64,000 bases of DNA from NCBI GenBank assembly GCA_029779475.1, contig JAKPAN010000118.1, positions 26,136 through 90,135 on the forward strand, given 5' to 3'. This stretch comes from Pseudomonadota bacterium. GTDB lineage: Bacteria; Pseudomonadota; Gammaproteobacteria; Xanthomonadales; Rhodanobacteraceae. Both the position numbers and the translations under genes were made by a program. Positions 1 to 8,313 of the stretch are shown here, piece after piece (position 1 is the stretch's first letter; every line of letters begins with the position of its first letter). The notes under the pieces were generated by a model. It was given only the letters and a program-made list of their open reading frames with translations, searched no databases and was not told the DNA's origin.

Positions 1-701
1 TAGGCGACGCGCGACCCGGCGTCGCGCACGCGGCGGCACAGGTCGATGTCCTCGACGTGCAGGAAATAGCCTTCGTCGAAACCGCCGATACGCTCGAACG
101 CGGCGCGCGGCAACATCATGCACGCGCCGGACACGGCCTCGACGGATTCGATGGCGTCCTCCGATTTCGCCGGCGGCATTTCCACGCCGGCAAGTGCTGG
201 CCAGCGCGACTCCAGTCGCGCCAGTCCGCTCAGCGTCATCAGCGCGCGGCGCAAGGTCGGATCGCGACGCCGATTGCCGCGCGCCGGCGAACCGTCGGGA
301 TCACACACCGCCACGCCGAGCAGGCCGATACGCGGATCGCTTGCGAGCACGTCACGCATCGCCGCGAGCACGCCAGCACGCCATTCGCAGTCAGGATTGA
401 GGAACAACAGCACGTCGCCGCGCGCCAATGCCGCGCCGCGATTGCAGGCCGGCCCGAAGCCGAGATTCGCGTCGTTGCGCACGATGCGCAGGCGCGCATC
501 AGCTGCATGCTCCGCAGCCAGTCTTTCGATTTCACCGTCGCTCGACGCATTGTCGACGACGACGACTTCGAGCGGCGCGGTTTCATCGAGCACCGATGCG
601 ACGCAGGCGCGCAGCAGCGGCCCGCTGTCGGCGGCGACGATGATGATGCTGGTCAGCCCCGCGTCGACGGCGTCGCGCATCGGCGGCGCGTCAGACCGCA
701 T
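1..701 (-). CDS. Glycosyltransferase family 2 (WbbL/GT2-like), truncated by left window edge
   Basis: Not in ORF track. Manual minus-strand translation from ATG 701 (or in-frame ATG 680): MRSDAPPMRDAVDAGLTSIIIVAADSGPLLRACV...VVDNAS...LILNPDC...AVSGACMMLPRAAFERIGGFDEGYFLHVEDIDLCRR, the classic GT2 motifs. Confidence 0.88.
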   Translation of the reverse strand, partial: MRSDAPPMRDAVDAGLTSIIIVAADSGPLLRACVASVLDETAPLEVVVVDNASSDGEIERLAAEHAADARLRIVRNDANLGFGPACNRGAALARGDVLLFLNPDCEWRAGVLAAMRDVLASDPRIGLLGVAVCDPDGSPARGNRRRDPTLRRALMTLSGLARLESRWPALAGVEMPPAKSEDAIESVEAVSGACMMLPRAAFERIGGFDEGYFLHVEDIDLCRRVRDAGSRVA

Positions 702-2550
702 CGAGCAGGCGTTCGCCCTGCCCGTTCGCGTAGGCCCACAACGCGGGCCACGCTTCGTACGCCGCCGCGAGCTGCGTCGCCTCGTCGCGCAGGTGTTGCG
801 CGCAGGCCGCGTCATCGATGCCTTCCGGCCAGTCGCCCAGACGCGGCGCGGCGTTGGCGATCAACGCCTTGCCATTCGCCTCGATGATCGAGCGCACATC
901 GGCCTGCCAGTAGATCGGCGCGTCGCTCGCGCCGTCGACCTGGTTCTGCAGTCGCTCGATGAGGTCGGCGCGTACGAAGGCGAGATATTCCTTGAGCTGC
1001 TGCACGGCGTTGCGCGGCGTCGCGCCGGCCACGTCGCGCAGATGCGCGGCGAGCAGCGACAGGCGCTGCGCCGGCTCGCTGGCATTGACTTCCGGTAGCT
1101 GGCGGCGCACGTAGTCGACGACGAAATAGTTGAATTTCGGCGTGTGCGCGGCGAGCGTGAGCGGCGAACGCTTGCGCTGGCTTTCCTGCACATGGCCGAT
1201 CGCGACGGGCAGTTCGAGCGCGAGGGCACCGTGCTGGCAAAGCGAAGTCACGCACGAGAACAGCGCATCTTCGCCGCGGCCGAGCGGATTCGTGCACGGC
1301 AGCAGCACGCTGTTGTCGAGCGCGAACGGCGAGAACGTCGCCGAGTCGCGGACGCGCGCCTGACGATGGCCATACCAGATGCTGCCGGCTTCGATGTTGC
1401 GCAGGTAGCTGTCGCGATCACGCACGAATTCGGCACGCGATTCGGGCGGCAGCTGGTAAAGCCACAAGCCCGAATCCGTACGCGAACTGCCGAATGCGCC
1501 GTGTTGCGTCGCGAGTACGGGCGCGTCGCTGCGCAGATGGTCGAGCCGGTTCATCGCGAGGCCGCGCAGCGAGGCCGCGTCGATCGCGTAACGCGCATCG
1601 CCGACCAGCGCGCCGAGCGGGCGGCCGAGCGCGGCGAGATGCAGTTCGAACGGATCTTCGTCGACCTCTTCGCCGGCAGCGAGCGCGTTTTCGAGGTTGC
1701 GGTAGAAGCGCGTGTCGGCCGCGCTCGACGGATCGGGGTCCAGCCCGGCGCGCGCATCCTCGAGCCGGCGCAGCGGCAAGCGTTGATCATCGTCGAACAG
1801 CACGAAGCGCGCGCCGGCGCTGAGCAGCAGCGCGAGATTCCAGGCGCGGCCGCCGCCGAAACGCGAGCGATCGCCTTCGCCAAGCACGAGGCGCGACAGG
1901 AACGGCGCCGCCGCAGGCACGGCGCGCGCGAGCTTGTCGAGCAGTCGCTTGCTTTCGGTGGCGCCGACGTAGGTGAGTTTGCAGCCGGTCGCGCGCGCGA
2001 ATTCGCGCAGCAGGTCGCGATGGCGATTGGCCGCGTCGCGCGACGCCGAATCGTCGATGACGACGTAGTTGCGATTGGCGCGGAAACGGCGCTCGTAATC
2101 GGTGAGCGAAGCGAGCAGATGGGCGAGCTGGTCGGGCCGGTCGCAGGCGCGGATGAAGACGCCGCGCACCGGCGCGATCGCGCGCGCGGGCGTGTCCGCG
2201 AGACGGTCGAGGAAGGCTTGTCCCGAGACCAGCACGCCGCGCTGGATGAGGCCTTCGAACACGCGTCCAATCGCTTCGCGCTGCCCGGAAAGACCGCCGA
2301 GCGACGCCATGACGCGCTCGGCGTGTTCGTCGAGCGTGCGGAACTGGCGCGTCTGGTCGAGCGCCTGCAGCACCTGGTAGGTCATCACGTGCGTTTCGCC
2401 GCTGCGCTTGACCTGAAACACGCACTCGTTGTTCGAGAGCGACGCGACGACGCCGTCCTCGGACGCGTACAGCGGCGCGTTCGGGTCGATGCGCGGCGCC
2501 GCCGGCGCCTTGCCGGCGACATTGAACTGATAATCGAACTGCGTGCTCAT
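691..2550 (-). CDS. Uncharacterised GT-A-fold glycosyltransferase-like protein (619 aa) with N-terminal PqqD/RRE-like winged-helix region
   Basis: ATG at 2550 (MSTQFDY). GT-A-like motifs VFIRACDRPDQLAHLLASL, YVVIDDS, GRAWNLALLL, FVLFDDD and GRGED; no signal peptide. Confidence 0.6.
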   Translation of the reverse strand: MSTQFDYQFNVAGKAPAAPRIDPNAPLYASEDGVVASLSNNECVFQVKRSGETHVMTYQVLQALDQTRQFRTLDEHAERVMASLGGLSGQREAIGRVFEGLIQRGVLVSGQAFLDRLADTPARAIAPVRGVFIRACDRPDQLAHLLASLTDYERRFRANRNYVVIDDSASRDAANRHRDLLREFARATGCKLTYVGATESKRLLDKLARAVPAAAPFLSRLVLGEGDRSRFGGGRAWNLALLLSAGARFVLFDDDQRLPLRRLEDARAGLDPDPSSAADTRFYRNLENALAAGEEVDEDPFELHLAALGRPLGALVGDARYAIDAASLRGLAMNRLDHLRSDAPVLATQHGAFGSSRTDSGLWLYQLPPESRAEFVRDRDSYLRNIEAGSIWYGHRQARVRDSATFSPFALDNSVLLPCTNPLGRGEDALFSCVTSLCQHGALALELPVAIGHVQESQRKRSPLTLAAHTPKFNYFVVDYVRRQLPEVNASEPAQRLSLLAAHLRDVAGATPRNAVQQLKEYLAFVRADLIERLQNQVDGASDAPIYWQADVRSIIEANGKALIANAAPRLGDWPEGIDDAACAQHLRDEATQLAAAYEAWPALWAYANGQGERLLDAV

Positions 2551-2572
2551 TGCGATGGCCGGCGCGCGGTGT

Positions 2573-3451
2573 TCAACGCGCGCCGCCCGATTCCTCGTCC
2601 TGATGTGGTGAAGCGAGCGCGCGCAGGCGCTCGACTTCGGCTTCCAGCTCGGCGATGCGCGCGCCGGCGGCCATGTTTTTGCGGATTTCGTGATTGTAAT
2701 GCGCGTAGACCGATTCTTCGCGGTCGCCGAACAGAGACAGCGTGGGCGGATCGGCCGGCAGCGGCGCGCGGCTGCAAACGGCAATGAAGTAGAGCGGATC
2801 GTAGGCCAGCGCCGGCGTTGGCGCGGTGGCGTCCTGGCCCGTCGTGAACGATTCGCAGGTCGACACGTCGCGGTCGAGCGCCCAGATCGCGGACTGGAAC
2901 AGCAGCTTCTGCCCGAACAGGCGGATCGCCGGAAAATGCGGCGCGAGCAGCGCGAGCAATTCGTCGCGATACAGTTCGCGTACGTGGAATTCGTTGCGGA
3001 AACCGGCGAGATCGCTGTAGGTGCGCTTGTCCGGCGACGACAACACGAGCACGCCATCGTCAGCGAGTACGCGCGAAAACTCGCGCAGCAATTGCTCTTG
3101 CGCGGCGAGATGTTCGAGCGTCTCGAAGGACACGACGACATCGAACGAACGGTCGGCGAACGGAAGTTGCGTCACGTCGGCCTGGCGGTATTCGAGGTTT
3201 GCGCGCTGCGCGTAACGCGCGCGCGCATGTGCGACCGAAGCCGCGTCGATGTCGATGCCGACAGCATGCTCTGCGACACCGGCGAGCATCGCCGTGCCGT
3301 AACCTTCGCCGCAAGCGGCATCGAGCACGCGCTTTCCCGCGGCGAAACGCCGCGCGAACGCGTAGCGATGCCAGTGTTCGTACCAGATCTCGCGCACGCA
3401 CTCGGGGGTGAAGCGTTCGCCGGTGAAGGTCAGCGCGTCGGCGTCGCTCAT
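2573..3451 (-). CDS. Class I SAM-dependent methyltransferase with C-terminal coiled coil (glycan chain-terminator-like)
   Basis: FTGERF...EHWHRY, VLDAACGEGYG and FDVVVSFETLEH motifs; tail ARIAELEAEVERLRA; ATGA overlap with wzt stop. Confidence 0.85.
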   Translation of the reverse strand: MSDADALTFTGERFTPECVREIWYEHWHRYAFARRFAAGKRVLDAACGEGYGTAMLAGVAEHAVGIDIDAASVAHARARYAQRANLEYRQADVTQLPFADRSFDVVVSFETLEHLAAQEQLLREFSRVLADDGVLVLSSPDKRTYSDLAGFRNEFHVRELYRDELLALLAPHFPAIRLFGQKLLFQSAIWALDRDVSTCESFTTGQDATAPTPALAYDPLYFIAVCSRAPLPADPPTLSLFGDREESVYAHYNHEIRKNMAAGARIAELEAEVERLRALASPHQDEESGGAR

Positions 3452-4644
3452 GACGTCGCCTCCGCGCCGCCAAGCCATCGATGCGGCAGCTGCACGAAGC
3501 CGAACTCCCGGCTGGAGCCGCGGACGGTGATGCCGCATTCGAGAGTATCGAAAATCCGCGCGCCTTCCGTATCCATCGCGTGCACGCGAACAACATAGCT
3601 GCCCGGCAGGAGCTGCAATTCGGCGAATCTGAGCGTGCACTCGTATTCGTGCGGGTCGATCGCCATTGGATGGAATCCATCCATTTCGGCACTCACTCCG
3701 TATACGGCCGTGCCATCGGCGCGGACGATGCCAACCGCGACGCCAGGTGGCCTGCCATCGCGCGAGTGAAGCCGCATGGCGACATCGAGAGTCTCGCCGC
3801 GATTCATGAGCACGACCTGCTTCTTGTCGTCTCCGTTGAGCGCGACGGAAAGGACTCCGAATTCGCCGGCGTGCATTCGATCGGGCTCGGCCACATCGCT
3901 CGCGGATTTTCGTTCATGCCATGCAAGGTAGGCCTGCGTGACGTCGAACACGTCGCCGAGCATCTCAATGCGGCCGCCGCGCAGCCAGCAAGCCTGTTTG
4001 CAGAGCTTCTGGACGTGATACATGCTGTGCGAGACAAGGATGAGCGTGCCGCCGCCGTCGAGGTAGTCCTGCATCCAGGCGATGCATTTCTTCTGGAAGG
4101 ATTCGTCGCCGACGGCGAGCACTTCGTCGGTAATGAGCAAGTCGGGTTTGAGCGTAGCGATGACGGCGAAGCCGAGTCGTACGATCATTCCCGATGAATA
4201 GTGCTTGATCGGCTCGTCGATGTAGTTGCCAATGTCCGCGAACTCAATGATTTTCGGCAGGAATTCGCGCAGCTTCGCGCCGGTGATGCCATGCAACGCC
4301 GCTGCAAGCGCGATATTGTCGCGCCCGCTGTAGTCGGGATGGAAGCCGGCACCCAGTTCCAGCAGCGCGCCGACCTCGCCGTTGAGCGCGACTGTGCCTG
4401 CCGTGGGAGTCAGGACGCCTGAAATGAGCTTGAGCAGGGTGGACTTGCCCGCGCCATTCGCGCCGATCAGCCCAAGCGACTCGCCGCGCCGGATTTCGAG
4501 CGAAACGTCTCGCAGAACTTCGATGCGATCCTTGTCTACCCCGCGCACGAGCAGGCGCATGAGCGCACGTATGCGGTCGCTCCCGCGATGTACCTTCGGA
4601 TATGCCTTGCCCAGACCCTGCAGCCGAACCAGGACGTCGCTCAC
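3448..4644 (-). CDS. wzt: Polysaccharide ABC exporter ATP-binding subunit with C-terminal Wzt_C domain
   Basis: Walker A GANGAGKST, YSSGM signature, LITDEVLAVGD; about 150-aa C-terminal extension (GVAVGIVRADG...LLPGSY). GTG start overlaps wzm stop. Confidence 0.9.
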   Translation of the reverse strand: MSDVLVRLQGLGKAYPKVHRGSDRIRALMRLLVRGVDKDRIEVLRDVSLEIRRGESLGLIGANGAGKSTLLKLISGVLTPTAGTVALNGEVGALLELGAGFHPDYSGRDNIALAAALHGITGAKLREFLPKIIEFADIGNYIDEPIKHYSSGMIVRLGFAVIATLKPDLLITDEVLAVGDESFQKKCIAWMQDYLDGGGTLILVSHSMYHVQKLCKQACWLRGGRIEMLGDVFDVTQAYLAWHERKSASDVAEPDRMHAGEFGVLSVALNGDDKKQVVLMNRGETLDVAMRLHSRDGRPPGVAVGIVRADGTAVYGVSAEMDGFHPMAIDPHEYECTLRFAELQLLPGSYVVRVHAMDTEGARIFDTLECGITVRGSSREFGFVQLPHRWLGGAEATS

Positions 4645-5411
4645 AGGAAGTCCTCGAAATGCGGATCGAGCCGTCTGAACGTCCATAGTCCCGCGAACAG
4701 GACCAATGCCGCCGCCGCGAGCGCCACCAGCACGTTGCCGGCGTCGACGGCCCCCATGCCGAGCAAGAGGGCTCGGAAGGATTCAGCATAGGTGGTATAG
4801 GGATTGAGGTGCAGCAGGAACTGTACGTTCGATGGCCATTGACGGCTGCCGTAGAAGATCGGTGCCGTGAACATCAACAACGGCATCAATTGCGTCACCA
4901 GCGGCGCAAGATCGCGCACGAAGACCTGCATCGCGGCGCACAGGAATGCGAAACCCGCTGCAAGCGCGAACAACGGGACGTACAGCAGCAGCGCGGGCAG
5001 GATGCCGCGGGGATCGACGCCCTGACCCAGGAGCCACAGCACGACGACAACAGCGGCGAAGCCCGCCAAGTGCACGATGAAGCTGCTGCCTACCGATGCC
5101 CAGACGAGCGCCTGACGCGGCATGGCCACTTTTCCGATTAGCGCGGCATTCTCTTGGATCACGATCGATGCACGCACGACCGCTTCCGAAAACGCGGTCC
5201 ACGGCCATAGCGCAACCGCAAGATACGGCACGTAAGCGATCGAGCTGCCCTCCGGCACGCGGGCGTTGAAGATGCGCACGAATACGAACGAATAGATCGC
5301 AAGTTGCAGCAAAGGTTGCAGCAGCGCCCACAATCCGCCGGACAAGGTGCCATTGAACCGATTGCGGATCTCGCGCCTGGTCAAGCCGACGATCAGGCCC
5401 AAGGATGCCAT
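4641..5411 (-). CDS. wzm: Polysaccharide ABC exporter permease
   Basis: RREIRNRFNGTLSGGLWALLQP, VRDL and TAPIFY...LNP motifs; about six hydrophobic segments; adjacent to wzt. Confidence 0.9.
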   Translation of the reverse strand: MASLGLIVGLTRREIRNRFNGTLSGGLWALLQPLLQLAIYSFVFVRIFNARVPEGSSIAYVPYLAVALWPWTAFSEAVVRASIVIQENAALIGKVAMPRQALVWASVGSSFIVHLAGFAAVVVVLWLLGQGVDPRGILPALLLYVPLFALAAGFAFLCAAMQVFVRDLAPLVTQLMPLLMFTAPIFYGSRQWPSNVQFLLHLNPYTTYAESFRALLLGMGAVDAGNVLVALAAAALVLFAGLWTFRRLDPHFEDFL

Positions 5412-5472
5412 CGCCGCATCGCTCGCAACGGACGCCGCGCGGCAGGAAGGACTCGCGCGGACCGCATCGTCA

Positions 5473-6399
5473 TCACTTTTCCGTGGGAACCGATGGTGCG
5501 ATCGCCGGTATGGCCGCGACTTGGCCATAACGCGTGCGCAACGTGTCCATCACCGCAGTATCCGCGTCGACGGGCTTGTTGCTGAATTCGGCGATATGGT
5601 TCGCTACTGCATCGTTGATGTATCGAGTCTTAAGTGATTCGATGATGCTCTCGCGCACGTCCTCGAATTTCTGCGAACGGCTCGGTTGTTTTTCGACGAG
5701 CTTCAGCACGCTGTATCCGTCGGCAGACTTGATGGACGGCGAGATGTCGCCAACCTTGGCCAGCGCCTGCACCGCACTGGATAGCGTCGGATCGAGGATG
5801 TGGTCCGCGTTCGCGATGTAGCCATGATTGCCTTTCTCGCTGGCAGCGTCGGAGTATTCGTCGACCAGCGCATCGAAGGTTGCAGGGTTCTTCACCGCTT
5901 TCTGGCGGGCTTCTTCGATCCGCGCTGCGGCTTGCTCCTCGCCGCGCACCGTGCTCGTGACGAGAATTCTCTGCAAGGAAAGTTTGGCAGGAATGTCGTA
6001 CTTCTCCGGCTCCGAGAGAAACTGTTCGCGCGCAAGCTCGGAGAAATCCGGTAGTTTGATCGAAGCGCGGAACTGGTCGATCTCGGCTTTCGCGAGGGAG
6101 GCATCCGTAACGACACCCGTGACCGTCTTGTCCAAGCCCTGTGTCCGCGCTGCCGCAGCCTGCTGCTTCTCCACGAGCAATTTGCCGACGAGCGTCGCGA
6201 TGCGCTTGGAACTGTTGAAGAACGGCACCCGATGTTCTGGCGGCAACGTGTCGGTGAACGTGTCGATGTCACCCAAAGTCAGCTGCACGCCCCCTTGGGT
6301 GGCGACAACTTTCGCGGCATCTGACGCAGGGGCAGCAGCGAAGGCGCATGTGGTGACAACCACCAACACGGCGGCAGCGATGAATTTATTCAACTTCAT
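5473..6399 (-). CDS. Periplasmic parvulin/PpiC-type peptidyl-prolyl isomerase (SurA/PrsA-like chaperone)
   Basis: Signal peptide MKLNKFIAAAVLVVVTTCAFA; rotamase-like LQRILV, FDALVDEYSD, GDISPSIKSADGYSVLKL and FEDVRESI. Confidence 0.8.
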   Translation of the reverse strand: MKLNKFIAAAVLVVVTTCAFAAAPASDAAKVVATQGGVQLTLGDIDTFTDTLPPEHRVPFFNSSKRIATLVGKLLVEKQQAAAARTQGLDKTVTGVVTDASLAKAEIDQFRASIKLPDFSELAREQFLSEPEKYDIPAKLSLQRILVTSTVRGEEQAAARIEEARQKAVKNPATFDALVDEYSDAASEKGNHGYIANADHILDPTLSSAVQALAKVGDISPSIKSADGYSVLKLVEKQPSRSQKFEDVRESIIESLKTRYINDAVANHIAEFSNKPVDADTAVMDTLRTRYGQVAAIPAIAPSVPTEK

Positions 6400-6499
6400 G
6401 GGTATCCGTGGTCTGGCAATCATTCGAACGTACAACGCCGGCATATTTGCCGGCGCTGCGCGAATATCGACGCCACGCCGGCATGGCCGGCGGCGATCT

Positions 6500-8137
6500 T
6501 CAGTTTGAAACAGTATTGACGAACGGAATCTGGCACGCTGATGTGGTGCAAGGGGCCGTCGTCTCCGTCGGTGGTGGATTGAATCGGACGTTCAGGAAAT
6601 ACGTCTGACCTGGCACCAACGTGCAAGCGACACCGCTCCCAGTGGACCCCTGAATCTTCCAATTCATGCCCTGATTCGATCCCAAGCCCAACAAGAGGCA
6701 TTTACTGTCAGGTGGATTCTGGGCGAAGCCACAAGTCGGGCTCATGGAAATATCGACCGTATGGTAGGTCAGTCCGTTGTCGCCCAAAGCGACCGTTCCG
6801 GTCTTGCTGGTGCTGATCGTCGCAGGCACGACGAACTTGGCGGCAATAAAGGAGTTCTTGTCGACGTTGGTGATCCACGGTGACATGTTGATACCCGGGA
6901 ACGGAACGGCGGTCGTCGACGACGATGCCTTGCCGAGGATGTTCTCGAACTTGGTGATGTCGATGGTCGCCGAATTTCCGCTCTGGAAAAACACCTGCCC
7001 TGTCTGCTGCTGGCCGCACTGATCGCTGCCACTGGTGGACACCACAATGCTGGTCGAACCACTGGTCGAGCCGGCGGAATTGCTGCAATTGAGCGCGAAT
7101 GCGTAAGTGCCTGCGGTGTTCAAGGTAACGCTGCGCGGCCCGGCCGTCGCTGTTGTCGTCGTCCAGCCGGACAGTGAGCTGAGCGCCGAGCCATCGCGCG
7201 TGACCGTGCCCGTGCACGACGAGGCCCCCGAAACCGTCCAGTTGATCGAGAACGTATCGCCAACATTGCCCGTCGTAGAGGACGGCGTGAGGGTGAGCGG
7301 ATTCGGCGTCGGAGGATTGCTGACGCCCTGCACCGAAATACCGGTAGAACCGCTGGTGGAGCCGGTCTCGTTGCTGCAATCGAGCGTGAACGCGTAGACA
7401 CCAGCCGTGCTCAAGGTGACGCTGCGCGGCCCGGTCGTCGTCGTCGTCGTTGTCCAGCCGGACAATGTAGAGAGCGGCGTGCCATCGCGCGTGACCGCAC
7501 CAACGCACGCGGTGGCGCCCGCGACCGACCAGTTGATCGAGAACGTGGCGCCCGCACTGCCGGTCGTCGCGGAAGGCGTTAGGATAATTGGACTCGGCGT
7601 CGGCGCGCTGCCGGGGTTTTGGACCGTAATCGGTACCGAGCCGGTGGTCGAGCCCGCGGAATTGCTGCACGTCAGTTTCAGGACGTAAGCGCCCGCCGTC
7701 GAAAGCGTGACCGAACGCGGTCCGGAGGTCGCTGTCGTCGTCGTCCAGCCGGCGAGAGAAGAAAGCGCTCCGTTGTCGAGTGTTGCCGTGCCGATGCAGG
7801 TGTCCGCATTGGCGACGCTCCAACCAACGGTGAACGTCGTACCCGTCGTGCCCGATGTCGGCGCCGAGAACACGTTCAGCGGGCTCGGAGTGGGCGCCGT
7901 CACGGGCGCCCCACAGCCCGCGCCGGTCAATGTGACGCCCGAGGCTACCATCGCACTGCCGCCGCTAGGATCGGAACGGATGCCTTGGACGTCAGTAACC
8001 GCCTTGCAGGGTTGCGATGCGGTTGTTGTCATGTTGAGCGTAAGCTGCGCGCGGGCGGCCATGGGCATGACGAGCAGAAACGACGCGCCGAGCAGACAGC
8101 TCGACAAGCCAGCGATGCGACGAGAAATACGATTCAT
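6500..8137 (-). CDS. Secreted Thr/Ser/Gly-rich surface protein with three Ig/PKD-like repeats
   Basis: Signal peptide ending AARA-Q; three 97-aa Cys-paired repeats; Cys-rich C-terminal domain (CTLVPGQTYFLNV). Confidence 0.8.
   Translation of the reverse strand: MNRISRRIAGLSSCLLGASFLLVMPMAARAQLTLNMTTTASQPCKAVTDVQGIRSDPSGGSAMVASGVTLTGAGCGAPVTAPTPSPLNVFSAPTSGTTGTTFTVGWSVANADTCIGTATLDNGALSSLAGWTTTTATSGPRSVTLSTAGAYVLKLTCSNSAGSTTGSVPITVQNPGSAPTPSPIILTPSATTGSAGATFSINWSVAGATACVGAVTRDGTPLSTLSGWTTTTTTTGPRSVTLSTAGVYAFTLDCSNETGSTSGSTGISVQGVSNPPTPNPLTLTPSSTTGNVGDTFSINWTVSGASSCTGTVTRDGSALSSLSGWTTTTATAGPRSVTLNTAGTYAFALNCSNSAGSTSGSTSIVVSTSGSDQCGQQQTGQVFFQSGNSATIDITKFENILGKASSSTTAVPFPGINMSPWITNVDKNSFIAAKFVVPATISTSKTGTVALGDNGLTYHTVDISMSPTCGFAQNPPDSKCLLLGLGSNQGMNWKIQGSTGSGVACTLVPGQTYFLNVRFNPPPTETTAPCTTSACQIPFVNTVSN
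7025..7897 (-). repeat. Three tandem 291-bp (97-aa) intragenic repeats
   Basis: Units start at 7897, 7606 and 7315 (period 291); shared PTPxP...WSV/WTV...C...GWTTTT.T.GPRSVTL.TAG.Y...L.CSN..GST.GS. Confidence 0.9.
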
Positions 8138-8259
8138 GAGGAGATGTACTACCTGCGAGCGAGCTGGAATGCTTCGGCAGTGTACCGAAATGTGCTTCGT
8201 CCGGGTAGTGACAGCCATTGCGGCAGATAGCTAGATAGGAAAACGCGCAAATAGTCGTC

Positions 8260-8291
8260 AAAAAAAAGGGAGGCCCGAGGGCCTCCCTTTT
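8260..8291 (-). terminator. Rho-independent terminator after the putative S-layer gene
   Basis: Minus strand GGGAGGCC-CTCG-GGCCTCCC followed by T8; about 25 nt after the stop at 8314. Confidence 0.9.
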
Positions 8292-8313
8292 GCATTGCAC
8301 AACATTCACGCTA

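Noticed and set aside
7025-7897. Periodic repeats considered as a CRISPR-like array
   Set aside because: Degenerate 291-bp in-frame coding repeats; no constant repeat with unique spacers and no cas genes.
8260-8267. A8 homopolymer as a phase-variation tract
   Set aside because: Intergenic and fully explained as the U-tract of the terminator.
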